From Myxococcota bacterium (GTDB lineage: Bacteria; Myxococcota_A; Polyangia; Nannocystales; Nannocystaceae): a stretch of 64,000 nt of DNA. The stretch is from positions 96,001 through 160,000 of the forward strand of contig JBCCHT010000016.1 of NCBI GenBank assembly GCA_039028615.1, written 5' to 3'. Shown here one piece after another: positions 36,837 through 47,100 of the stretch (position 1 is its first letter; each line of letters begins with the position of its first letter). Position numbers and translations under genes: made by a program. The notes below the pieces were generated by a model. It was not told the DNA's origin. It saw only the letters and a program-made list of their open reading frames with translations, and made no database searches.

Positions 36837-37649
36837 TCAGCGACACTCGGCCCGGCACGCCTTCAGAGCGGCCGGGTCGAACGGGGCATCGGCGAGCTCG
36901 ATGGTCTCGGGCACGGCGCACTGCAGATCGCAGGGCATGGTGCGTCGGCGCGGCCGAAGCTCGCGAGGGTCACCCTCGCGCCGCCCCTCGAGCACGCCGT
37001 ATTGCCCCGATTTTTTCCACTGGGCGCCGCGCTGCTGCCAGCTGCCGACCAGGCGCTCTCCATCGAGCGCGAACACGAAGCGCTTGGGCGTGCCGACGCC
37101 CGACTCGCTGCGTGCATCGAAGGACCCGGCGAAGCCGAAGGCCTGGGCGTCCTCGCCCCGCTCCAGCGGGGCCGTGCCCCGCTGCTTGCGAGCGTCGGTC
37201 AGCTCCTCCGCGCCCGTGCGTCCCACCTTGGTGAGCGAGGCCTCGGCTTTGCAAGCGTCGACCTCGATCTCGATCTCGTAGTAGCCCCGCATGCCGCGGC
37301 GCTTCTTGTTGCGGGCCCCGGTCGTCACCGTGGTGAAGACCCACTGCCCCTTCAGGGCGTCGAGCTCGGGGCACGCCGAGGACGAGCCGTCGGAGGCCTT
37401 GCCGCTGTCGGCTGTCTCGTCCGTGCTCGAGTCGGAGCTCGCGAGCATCACTCCGACGCCGATACCCGCGAGGACCAGGACCCCCGCTGCGATGCCCATC
37501 CACAACCGAGTGGCGCCTGGTTCGGCCGGCGTCGGCCCGGGCGTGGGTTCGGGCTTGGGCGGTGCGGCCTGCGGCGCCGAGCCGCATTCTCTACACGTGG
37601 TGGCTCCCGCTTCCCATCGGGCCCCGCATAGTTCGCATCGTGCGTCCAC
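36837..37649 (-). CDS. Hypothetical bitopic protein with an N-terminal zinc ribbon
   Basis: CELCG...CRECG, a Pro linker, a TM, then a Cys-containing extracytoplasmic domain. Confidence 0.65.
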   Translation of the reverse strand: MDARCELCGARWEAGATTCRECGSAPQAAPPKPEPTPGPTPAEPGATRLWMGIAAGVLVLAGIGVGVMLASSDSSTDETADSGKASDGSSSACPELDALKGQWVFTTVTTGARNKKRRGMRGYYEIEIEVDACKAEASLTKVGRTGAEELTDARKQRGTAPLERGEDAQAFGFAGSFDARSESGVGTPKRFVFALDGERLVGSWQQRGAQWKKSGQYGVLEGRREGDPRELRPRRRTMPCDLQCAVPETIELADAPFDPAALKACRAECR

Positions 37650-37750
37650 GGTGAGGGCAAGGGTAATCGACCCCGCTCGCCGACCCAAGGACTGCCGCGG
37701 TCAGGCGCCGACCCCAACTCACGGATCGGCCATTGCCATCGAGCGGCCGG

Positions 37751-38260
37751 CTACACCAAGCGGATCCCGTAGTCGGATCGCAGCTGATGCAGGGGCACGT
37801 CGAGCTTGGACTCCCACTCGTGCAGGACCCACTTGCGGGTCATCTTGCGGCCCATCCACATGGCCTTGAGCACCCGGGGGACGGAGCGGAGCGACGCCAC
37901 GAAGAGTTTCCAGTAGCCGATCTCCGCGATGAACTCCTTGAAAAACTGCTTTTGTGCGTCGCTGCGGAAGTACGACAGAAGCTCGCTCAACTTGGCGTCG
38001 GTGCCGACGAGGGTCCAGGTGTCGGCGAGGGTCTCGTCGCCCAGCGAGGTGTCGAGCCCGAACAGCACGTGGCATGCATCATGAGCGGCGAAGAAGGGGC
38101 CGAGGTCGCCGAGCTTCGCTTCGATCTCCTCTGGGTCGAACAGGTCGGGGTTTGCAGCGTGATACTCGGCCAGCCCCTCGCGCAGCGTCTGCGTCGAGCT
38201 CGGGTCTTGGTATCGGCATCGCGTGCGCAGGGCCGATGCGGGGGCATGCACCATCTCCAT
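37751..38260 (-). CDS. Coq4-like (HDxxH) protein
   Basis: HDACHVLFGLDTSLGDE motif and C-terminal PLHQLRSDYGI. Confidence 0.6.
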   Translation of the reverse strand: MEMVHAPASALRTRCRYQDPSSTQTLREGLAEYHAANPDLFDPEEIEAKLGDLGPFFAAHDACHVLFGLDTSLGDETLADTWTLVGTDAKLSELLSYFRSDAQKQFFKEFIAEIGYWKLFVASLRSVPRVLKAMWMGRKMTRKWVLHEWESKLDVPLHQLRSDYGIRLV

Positions 38261-38292
38261 CAAATCGTTCTCGTCTTTCTCGGCGGTGTTTC

Positions 38293-38327
38293 AGACCACC
38301 TGGTCTAATCTTAAGACCAGGCGGTCT
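38293..38327. promoter_or_regulatory. Two tandem TetR-type operator palindromes
   Basis: AGACCA-CC-TGGTCT (38293-38306) and AGACC-AGGC-GGTCT (38314-38327), 21-bp period. Confidence 0.6.
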
Positions 38328-38481
38328 AATTTCAACTCGTTTGAAGGCGAGAATCCATTTTGGTGTTTGATTTCAGATATTTGTGGTCAGTTTGTGAGCT
38401 GGGCCGGCGAGCGGTGACGTCGGGGTGCGCAATGTACGTCTGCAACCCCGGTTCGCAGCGGACGTCGTTGGTGTCGGACTC

Positions 38482-39942
38482 ATGAACGGCTTCGTCTATC
38501 GCTCGATTTTCGCCTCGATGTTGGCCTCGCTCGCGGTGGGCTGCGTGGACGAACCCATGCAGCCGCGCCCCGCGGACGGGCCTGCCGATGGCGAGGAGAT
38601 GACCACCGGGATCACGACGTTCTCGACCATGACCGACCCGACCAACGGTGACGTCACTGCGAGCGCGGGTGACGAGGACTCGGGCACGGACGGAGGCACG
38701 GACGAGGGCGACGACGAGTCGACCACCAGCGGGAGCGACGAGAGCGGAGACGAGGGCGACGACGAGACCGGGACGGACACCGCCGAGGTCGAGGACGACA
38801 CGATCTACGAGATCCAAGACGGCACGATCCCCTCGGGCACCGAGGTCGACGTGCGCGGCGTGATCGTCACGGGCGTGGCCAACAGCGGCTTCTTCGTGCA
38901 GGAGCCCTTTGGCGGCGAGTACGGCGGCGTCTATGTCTACACCGAGACCCCGCCGACCGTGCTCGTCGGCGACGAGGTCGACCTGCGGGGCATCGCCGCC
39001 GAGTTTGGAGAGCTGACCGAGATCGACATCAGCCGCGGCATGGTCAGCCCGACCGGTGTGCAGGACGTCATCCTCAGCCCGGCTCCGATCGCGTTGTCCG
39101 AGATCAGCGGAGGCGCGGGCGAGCCCTGGGAAGGGGTTCTGGTCCGCATCGAAGGCATGCCGCTGTCCGTGGTGGCGCTGCCCGGCTCCTCGGAGTTCGA
39201 CGTCGGCGGAGCGGGGCCGGAGACGGTGCGCATCGACAACTTCCTCTACAACGTGTTCGACGTGCCCGAGACCTACGTGGACTTCGGGGTCGACGCGGGA
39301 TTCATGGCGATCAACGGGCCGCTCAACTTCAACGGGGGCGAGTTCAAGGTCGCTCCGCGGAGCGCCGAAGACCTCGAGGGCTACGTGCCCGGCCCCGGCC
39401 TCGCGGGCACCTCGGTCGAGGACCTCGTCCCCGGCGATCTGGTGATCACCGAGCTGATGTACGACCCGGGCTGCTCCAGCGACACCTGCGAGTGGATCGA
39501 GATCTACAACGCGTCCGGCCTCGAGGTGAACCTGTTCGGGCTACGGATCCAAGACAGCGCGCTGTCCGAGGCCACCCAGGGCGTGATCATGGACGACCTG
39601 TTGCTGGCCGACGGCGAGTACGCGGTGTTGGCTCGCGGTGATGCGGCGGGGTGGCCCTACGCGGTGGCGCCCACCGCCTACTACGGATCCAACCCCGGCC
39701 TGAACAACACGGGTGACTTCGCGGTGTTGGCCAACTCGACCGAGGTTCTCGACCAGACGGCGACGTACCCCAACCTCGGCGCGGCGGACGATGGCATCTC
39801 GTGGAAGCTCGATCCCACGATGATCGACGGGGTCGCCAACGACATGGCCGCCAACTGGTGCCTGTCCACCGTCGTGTTCGACAGCCCCGGGGGCAACGAC
39901 GAGCTCGGCTCGCCGGGGGCGGCGAACGAAGCGGGCTGCTAG
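38482..39942 (+). CDS. Lipoprotein with OB-fold and lamin-tail domains
   Basis: Lipobox AVGC, TIYEIQ/VRGVIVTG/GFFVQE, LVITELMYDP..EWIEIYN and GSPGAAN. Confidence 0.8.
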   Translation: MNGFVYRSIFASMLASLAVGCVDEPMQPRPADGPADGEEMTTGITTFSTMTDPTNGDVTASAGDEDSGTDGGTDEGDDESTTSGSDESGDEGDDETGTDTAEVEDDTIYEIQDGTIPSGTEVDVRGVIVTGVANSGFFVQEPFGGEYGGVYVYTETPPTVLVGDEVDLRGIAAEFGELTEIDISRGMVSPTGVQDVILSPAPIALSEISGGAGEPWEGVLVRIEGMPLSVVALPGSSEFDVGGAGPETVRIDNFLYNVFDVPETYVDFGVDAGFMAINGPLNFNGGEFKVAPRSAEDLEGYVPGPGLAGTSVEDLVPGDLVITELMYDPGCSSDTCEWIEIYNASGLEVNLFGLRIQDSALSEATQGVIMDDLLLADGEYAVLARGDAAGWPYAVAPTAYYGSNPGLNNTGDFAVLANSTEVLDQTATYPNLGAADDGISWKLDPTMIDGVANDMAANWCLSTVVFDSPGGNDELGSPGAANEAGC

Positions 39943-39945
39943 GGC

Positions 39946-41172
39946 TCAGGCCGAAGCCGCAGCGTCGACCGGCACAGGCTTGAGCACGCCTGCGCGAAGT
40001 AGTCGGGTCACCAATACGCGCTTCGAGCCTTCGGTGACCGAGTCGGGGAGCTCGTCGACCTCGAAGCTGCCGTCCGCGTCGGCGATGAACTCGAGGGCGG
40101 CCGCCACCTGTCGTGGGGCGCGGATGGTCGCGGCTGGCTCGCTGCCGGGCCAGGCGAAGGAGACATGCTCACCCGTCGTCTCCACCACGCAGTCGATGCC
40201 TTCGCGCTTGCGGACTCGCGTACCGCCATCGACCTCGGTGTGCAGGGCGGTCTGGAGGTCGAGCTGTCCGTCCCGGAGCGGAGCGTCGGGCAGGCGCGTG
40301 CGCTGAATCAGTGCCTCGAGTGCGCTCGCATCGAGGTTCTCGGCACAGCGAGCGAACAGTCGTCGGGCGTGCTCGGCTTGATCGGCCAGATCGAGCGGCA
40401 CCGAGCGACGCAGCTCGGGGTCGGTCTGTGCCATGTCGAAGAGCATGTCCGCCATGACCTCGTGCCATTGCGGGCGGTGGATCCCGATGGTCAGGTGCAG
40501 CGACTGCTCTTGCTGGGCGCTGACGTCGTGCACGGTGCCGCGCGGGAGGTAGAGGAAGTCACCGGGGGAGAGCACCAGATCGTGGGTGGGCTCTGCCTCC
40601 CCGAGCGGCTGCTTGAACACGGCCTTGCGCGGCTTGACGGGCAGCTCTGCGCCCTCGCCGTACAGGCGCCATCGCTTGGTCCCCGCGATCTGCAGGACGA
40701 TCACGTCCATGTAGTCCCAGTGCGGGGCCAGGCCCTGGGTGCCGCCGGGGGTGAGGTAGAAGCCGATGTCGACGCGGGCGCCGAGCGTGCGGCCCAGGTT
40801 GCGGGCGAGCTTGCCCAGCGCGCGGAACTGGTTCTCGATGCGGTAGCCGACCACGGTGTCGCCGGCCAGGTGGCGATCGCGGATCCAGCTGGCGATCGTC
40901 ACTTCGCGCTGTCGGGAGCCGAAGCCCGGGAGCGCGCGGAGGTGGGGTGGAGATTGGCGTTGCCCGTCCCGAAAGACACCGAAGCGATCGTCCGACGACA
41001 AGTAGCCTCGCGTCAGGAGATCGTCGACGTCGTCGAGATCGAAGAGCCCCTCGAAGCGCCCGGTGTCCCCGCTGACATGCAGCGGCGCACGCTCGAGAAA
41101 CTCGTCGACGAAAGTCGCAGCGGTATGCGGAGCGAGGAGGTCGTCGAGATCGAGGGAGTGGGCGTGGCTCAT
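39946..41172 (-). CDS. JmjC/cupin-4 2OG-Fe(II) oxygenase (YcfD/NO66-like) with C-terminal winged helix
   Basis: YLTPGG.QGLAPHWD..DV.VLQIAGTKRWRLY (HxD), LSPGDFLYLPRGTVH (distal His) and SLHLTIG. Confidence 0.9.
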   Translation of the reverse strand: MSHAHSLDLDDLLAPHTAATFVDEFLERAPLHVSGDTGRFEGLFDLDDVDDLLTRGYLSSDDRFGVFRDGQRQSPPHLRALPGFGSRQREVTIASWIRDRHLAGDTVVGYRIENQFRALGKLARNLGRTLGARVDIGFYLTPGGTQGLAPHWDYMDVIVLQIAGTKRWRLYGEGAELPVKPRKAVFKQPLGEAEPTHDLVLSPGDFLYLPRGTVHDVSAQQEQSLHLTIGIHRPQWHEVMADMLFDMAQTDPELRRSVPLDLADQAEHARRLFARCAENLDASALEALIQRTRLPDAPLRDGQLDLQTALHTEVDGGTRVRKREGIDCVVETTGEHVSFAWPGSEPAATIRAPRQVAAALEFIADADGSFEVDELPDSVTEGSKRVLVTRLLRAGVLKPVPVDAAASA

Positions 41173-41268
41173 CGGGATACGGTGGGGCGGTGACGGAGTC
41201 GTGGGAACGCGTTGTGGGAGAAGTACGGCGCGGTGGCGAACGAGTTGTTCACCACCGCGATCCAGGCG

Positions 41269-41448
41269 TTAGATGTGCGCCCAGTGGCCGTCCCAGTTGT
41301 GCACCGACAGGGGCTTCGGCGGGCCGATGGGGCGCGGCGAGGCGGTCGGGGTGGGGGCCCCACCCACGACGCTCTCCAGCATCTCGTCGGTCAGCTCGAA
41401 GGGCTCGGCGGCGGTGGAAGTCTTGGGGGCTTTGTCTTTGTCAGTCAT
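41269..41448 (-). CDS. 59-aa putative RiPP precursor with a double-glycine leader
   Basis: Hand translation: MTDKDKAPKTSTAAEPFELTDEMLESVVGG-APTPTASPRPIGPPKPLSVHNWDGHWAHI*. High GC3. Below the length cutoff of the ORF track. Confidence 0.75.
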   Translation of the reverse strand: MTDKDKAPKTSTAAEPFELTDEMLESVVGGAPTPTASPRPIGPPKPLSVHNWDGHWAHI

Positions 41449-41511
41449 CGCTTGGGGTAGAGCCGCGAGTCGGCTTCTGGATCAGCGAAAAACCGAAAAA
41501 AACGACGAGGC

Positions 41512-42069
41512 CTACCAAAGCCGTAGGAGCTTGCTGCCGTGAAGCAGCGTCGCGACGACCAGGACCGCCAAGAACAGCGGTTTTCGGGTCTTGTGGCGGA
41601 GGCCGTGCCGACCGAGCCAGGCGCCCACGAAGCCGCCCAGCAGCGCGACCAGGTGGAGCGCGCGCTCGTCGACCCGGGCGCGCTTGCTTCGGCCCTGCTC
41701 GTTCGAGCCCGCCTTGGCCGCCCACTTGTCGATGGCGTAGAGCATGAAGGCGGCGACGCCCCACGCGGCAACCCAGGCGAGGTGATCGTGCCCTTGCCAC
41801 CACGGACGGGTCGCTGCGAGCAGGCTCACCGCGACGAGGGTCGTGAGCGTCAGCGAGACGGTCACGCCCAAGCCCCACCGACGGCCTCGCTTGCGATCCG
41901 CGATCAGGAACGCGACCAGGCCGAAGGGAGGCAAGAGCCACAACGCGACGACCCAGCCGAGCTTGTGCTTGGCCGGGCGTCTGGAGCGGAGCACCGACCC
42001 CGTCGCGTCGCCGATCCACCACAGGACCAGCACACCGAGGGCGACGAGGATGAGATCGGGTTCGGGCAT
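41512..42069 (-). CDS. DUF1294-family membrane protein
   Basis: LYAIDKWAA...RVDERALH...GG..GAW....RHKTRK. Confidence 0.85.
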   Translation of the reverse strand: MPEPDLILVALGVLVLWWIGDATGSVLRSRRPAKHKLGWVVALWLLPPFGLVAFLIADRKRGRRWGLGVTVSLTLTTLVAVSLLAATRPWWQGHDHLAWVAAWGVAAFMLYAIDKWAAKAGSNEQGRSKRARVDERALHLVALLGGFVGAWLGRHGLRHKTRKPLFLAVLVVATLLHGSKLLRLW

Positions 42070-42103
42070 GGCGGCGAGCGCCGCCGATCATGCCATGCCG
42101 AGG

Positions 42104-42937
42104 CTATTGCTTGGACAAGGTGCGGCAGAAGATCCGCAGGCGACGGATCTTGCCGTTGCGCGTGTCGTACTTGAGCTTGAGCCCGCTCATGACGTGCTGA
42201 TCGGGGCACTGCAGCTGGGTCAACGGACCGATCCAGAAGGTGCTGCCGTGGAGTGGCGCCCACCCGGTCCAGTCGGGCGAGCTGTAGCTGCCCAGGAACC
42301 CACCGACCTGCTCGGAGACCTTCAGGATGCGGAACGACTTGATGTACGCGTCGTAGGGTCCGGCCTCGAAGAACACTCCAATGGGGTACTCGTCGGGATC
42401 GGTGATCGCGATGGTCTCGCCCGGCAGCCGATGGTTGCCGCTATAGACCTCGTCCGTCGCGGTGGTGGAGGTCTGGAGGAAGTCGCCGTCGATGTTCTCG
42501 TACTCGGTGCACGTACCCTCGAGGCGGGCGATGAAGTTGTCGAGGTTGCTCGTCGGCTCCTTGTAGGCGCGCAGATCGGTCAGCAGGAAGTTGGGTCCGT
42601 GGTCGGCGTTGCAGAACACCCGCTTCCACGACGACAGGCTCGTGGTCTTGCCCGAGTCCCACTCCTCGGTCACCGCAGTCTCGCCCAGCACCCACTCCTC
42701 CACGTCCTCGTCGTCACCCGGCCAGGGCCACGGGTGGGGGAGTGCCCCGGGGACGCCCGGGAACGGGTTGGTGGCCTCCAGCGGGTCGACTTCGAGCACG
42801 AGATCGTCGATGGGCTGATCGTCGCCCGTGGGCTCGAGCTCCATCGCATCGATCTCGAGATCGAGGTCGCTCTCGGCGACGCAGCCGAAGGACAGCAGGA
42901 TCATCAGGGGCAGGGCAGAGCGGGGGCGCGTGTGCAT
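42104..42937 (-). CDS. Hypothetical lipoprotein
   Basis: Lipobox SFGC, an acidic linker and a Cys-containing beta-rich domain. Confidence 0.65.
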   Translation of the reverse strand: MHTRPRSALPLMILLSFGCVAESDLDLEIDAMELEPTGDDQPIDDLVLEVDPLEATNPFPGVPGALPHPWPWPGDDEDVEEWVLGETAVTEEWDSGKTTSLSSWKRVFCNADHGPNFLLTDLRAYKEPTSNLDNFIARLEGTCTEYENIDGDFLQTSTTATDEVYSGNHRLPGETIAITDPDEYPIGVFFEAGPYDAYIKSFRILKVSEQVGGFLGSYSSPDWTGWAPLHGSTFWIGPLTQLQCPDQHVMSGLKLKYDTRNGKIRRLRIFCRTLSKQ

Positions 42938-43100
42938 GGCTTCGTCTTCCAACCCGCTAGAGATGCGCGCCCGGGTTTCGGATCACGAGCAACGGCGTCA
43001 CCGTAGTGAGAAACCGCGATCGGGGTTTGCCCCGGAGTAGGCCGCTCGGCCGGGGTCGTTCGTTACCCCGCCTCGGAAGGCCGGGTGGTACGGTGCGTCC

Positions 43101-44105
43101 ATGCGTCGGGTCTCGCTCGCCATCTCGCTCGTCGGAGGTCTCGTGTCGTGCAATCGGGCTCCGGTCACGAACCCGCCCGACCTCCCCGCAGAGGCTGCGA
43201 AGGACGAGACCCCCGAAGAGGCCGCCCCCGCAGAAGCGGAGAAATCACCGTCGCAGGTCCTCTCGGAGCTGCACCACACCGACGTCGAGGTCGACGATTC
43301 CATCTCGATGCCCGATGGCTTCATCGTCGCCTATACCTACGGTCGCATCGCCGCCCAGCTGGGAGAGCTTCGCGAGGACGGCATCGACCTGAAGGCCGAG
43401 ATCGACGAGGAGACCGCGCGCTGCGAGTCCGAGCGGGCCGCGATGGAGGAAGGGGAGCGAGAGTGGGTCGAGATGGAGGGGCGCACCTGCGAAGAGGAAG
43501 CGCTGGCGTCGGTCCTCGACGACGAGGGCGCCTCGATGGAGTGCGAGAGCTTCGGGCTCGCCTACTTCGATCTCCAGGGCGCGCTGCTTCACGATGAAGA
43601 AGGGCCCGATGAGTGCGTGGCCGGGGTGGTCGCGTTCGACCTCGAGACGATGCCCGGCAACGACACGCCCGTGCTGCTGGTCGTCACTTCGATCGGCAAC
43701 TATGGCCACTACACTCGAGGCGGCTGGGGCTTCGTGAAGGAGTGGGAGCAGCTCGAGATCATGCAGCCCCGGTTCGAGGACGACGGCTTCTTCCTTCCGC
43801 TGGTCGAGGCCGAACTCAATGCCGAAGAAGACGGCGGGAACTGCTCTTCGGGCGTCCACGCCGGGTACGTGTTTTCGGAAGAAGGGCACCTGGACGTCTA
43901 CCGGCAGGACTGGGACGACTGCGAGCAGGAAGAGTGCATGATGGAGCTGGAGGAGGCCTCCGAAGACGGCGACTACGACGAGGCCGAGTGCGAGCCGCCG
44001 ATCGAGGTCGAGCGCAACGAATGGGACCCGAAGGAAGCCGAGTTTCTGGGCTGGGAAGATAAGGACGAAGAAGACCCGGTCATCCCCAGCAACGTGCACA
44101 AGTAG
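43101..44105 (+). CDS. Hypothetical highly acidic lipoprotein
   Basis: Lipobox LVSC, Glu/Asp-rich with paired Cys. Confidence 0.7.
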   Translation: MRRVSLAISLVGGLVSCNRAPVTNPPDLPAEAAKDETPEEAAPAEAEKSPSQVLSELHHTDVEVDDSISMPDGFIVAYTYGRIAAQLGELREDGIDLKAEIDEETARCESERAAMEEGEREWVEMEGRTCEEEALASVLDDEGASMECESFGLAYFDLQGALLHDEEGPDECVAGVVAFDLETMPGNDTPVLLVVTSIGNYGHYTRGGWGFVKEWEQLEIMQPRFEDDGFFLPLVEAELNAEEDGGNCSSGVHAGYVFSEEGHLDVYRQDWDDCEQEECMMELEEASEDGDYDEAECEPPIEVERNEWDPKEAEFLGWEDKDEEDPVIPSNVHK

Positions 44106-44117
44106 CGCCCGGCGGGC

Positions 44118-47100
44118 CTACCTGCGCGACGTCACCAGGATGAACATCGCTGGGGTCGCCACCATCGCGAAGAGCGTCCCCGCGAGCAGGCCCCCGATGA
44201 TCGCGCCCGCGAGCGGGAACCACTGCGGGTTGGACAGGGCCAGGGGCACCATGCCGACGAGGGTGGTGAGGGTGGTCGAGAGGATCGGTCGCAGGCGGCC
44301 AGCGGCTCCCACCGCGGCGGCGCTCTCGATCGAGTGACCGTCGCGCCGCAGCTCGTTCATCGACGAGATCATGACGATGGCGTTGTTCACCACGATCCCG
44401 ATCAGCGAGATGATGCCGATGAGGCCGGGGAACGAGATCGGCTCGCGGAAGACGACGAAGAACACCAGCGTGCCCGTGAGCGACAGCGGGACCACGAACA
44501 TCATGGCGAAGGGCTGGCGGAACGAGTCGAACTGGATCACCAGCACGGCGAACACGAGGAACGCGGCGAGCCCGAGCATGCGAAAGGCGGAGCCGAAGGT
44601 CTCCGCTTGGCTCTCGGCCTCGCCCGCCTGGGCGAAGGCAATGCCGGGGTGCTCCTTGGCGAGCACGTCGAGCCGCGGCTGGAGCTGCTCGAGCACCTCG
44701 CCCGCGGTCACCCCGGACACGCGCGCGGTGACGCTGACCGCTCGACGCCCGTCGTAGTGGGTGATGGCCAGCGGTGCGTTGACCAGCTTGGCCATGGCCA
44801 GTTCCCGCAGCGGCACGGGCCGCCCTTCGTTCGACATGACCGTGAGGGCGAAGGCCTCCCACTGATCGGTGGGCCCACCCGGCTTGCCCTTGCGGCTGGG
44901 CCAGGCGGTGCCGACCCGAACTTCGAGGTCGTCGCGTCCTTGCCCCAGCGGGAACTTCATGGCCTCGTCTTCCGCGAAGCCCAGGCGGACCTGAGAGGCG
45001 AAGTCGCCGATCGAGATCCCGAAGAAATCGAGGGCCTCGAGATCGGGGGCGATTTCCAGGGTGGGGCGGACCTGGCCGAGGTTGTCGTCGATGTCCACAG
45101 CGCCCGGGATCTCGGCGAGCGCCTGCCGTACCTGCCCCGCCGTCTTGCGCAGGGCATCGAGGTCATCCCCCATCACCAAGACCTCGATCGGCGAGTCGGC
45201 GCCGCCCTGGGCCTGCGGGGAGTAGGTCATCAGCGAGCCGGGGCAGGCCCGCAGCGCGGTGGCGAGCTCGGAACGCAGCGGCTCGAGGTACGCCACCGAG
45301 ATCTGGTCGCGGTCGTCCTCGGGGGTGAACTTGGCGGAGAACCCGATGATGTAGGTGTCCTCCTCCGGGCGCAGAGTCGAGGAGATTCGTGTTCGGGTGA
45401 AGGGCGACGCCCGGCCCACGAACTTGGTCACCGACTCGAGGTACGGCTTGCCGCGCAGCTGTTCGCCCACCTGGTCGGCGCAGCGCTGCGACAGCTCGAG
45501 CCCCGCGTCGGCCGGCATGATGATGCTTATGCCCAGGTTGCGACCGTCGGTGTCGGGGTACAGCTGGGAGGGCAGCGTACCCGCGGCGACCACCGAGGCG
45601 AGGAACATTCCCATGCAGCCGACGGCGACCAGCACCGCCCGCACCCGGCTCTTCACGACCACGCGGCTGATGAACTTCTCGAGCGAGTCCGAGGCGCGGC
45701 TGGTGATCTGGTCGATGCGACTCGGGGCGCGAGCGGCCGGCTTGTTGGGCAGGACGAGCTGTGAGATCGGCACGCAGATCAGCAGCGCGACGACATAGCT
45801 GAGCACCAGGCAGATGATGGCGGTCAGCGGAATGAAGCGAATGAACTTGCCGTCGCTACCGCCGATGGCCATCAGGGGCGCGAGCGCAAAGATGGTGGTG
45901 AGCTGTCCCGCCAGGGCGGGCATGGCATAGGTGCGGATCGTGGAGACGGCCGCAGTGGCGAAGCCCTCGCCGCGCTCGTAGATCGCGGCGTGCATGCCCT
46001 CCATCATCAGGATGAACACGTCGACCAGCAGGCCGAGGGCGAGGATCATGCCGATGACGATGAGGTCGTTGAGCGTGTAGCCGAAGGCCCAGATCACGCC
46101 CAGCGTGGCGAGGAAGGTGACGGGAATGGCGAGCCCCGCCACGATTGCCTCGCGCCAGGTCAGGGCGATGAGCAGCACCACGAAGACGGCGGCCATCGCT
46201 TGCAAAGCGTTGCGGAAGCCGTCACCCAGGGAGTCCTCGATGTCGACGGACTGGTCGGAGGTGATGCGGTACTGCAGACCCTGCGGCCACGAGGGGCCTT
46301 GGCGGGCCGCTTCGAGCTCGGCCTTGACCGCCTGGGCGACCGCGATGGCATCGGCCCCGGACAGGCGCGTCACCGAGACATCGACGGCGGAGGCGAAGGG
46401 TTCACCGCCCGTGCTGATGAAGGCCCGGGAGCGCTCGCGCTCGAGACCGAACTCGATGTCGGCGACCTCCGAGAGTCGGACGACCCGGCCGGTGCCCATG
46501 CGCGCGACCGGAGTCTGGCGCAGCGCTTCGAGGGTCCGCATACGCCCGCGCATGACCAGCACGATCGAACCGGTAGTGGCCTCGTAGCGATCCCAGGGTT
46601 GGTCGCGGTTGGCATCGACCAGGCGCGAGCGCACCGTGCTGCCCGACAGGCCCAGGGCAGCCAGTCGCGATGGCAGCAAGCGCACCCGCACGACCTCGTC
46701 GCGCTGGCCCGAGATGGAGACCTCGTTGACGCCCTTGATGTTCTCGAGTCGGCGCTCGAGAGCGTCTAGGGCCTGACCGCGGGCGATCTCGTCGACCTCA
46801 CCGTAGAGCGACAGCGAGATGATCGGCGCGTTGTTGACCGAGATTTCGCTGATGCGTGGTTTCTCGACGTCGCTGGGGAGGTCCGCCTCGGCCGCGGACA
46901 CCCGCGCGCGCAGGCGGGCCATGGCCGACGCGATGTCCTCGTCGGCCTCGAACTCCACGGCGATGACGCAGAAGGAGTCGAAGGACGCACTCTGCATCTT
47001 GCGGAGGCCTTCCATGGCCTTGAGCTCCGTCTCGAGCTCCGCCGCGACCTGGTTTTCGATGGTCTCCGGGTCGGCCCCCGGCCACTCGACGACGACGGTG

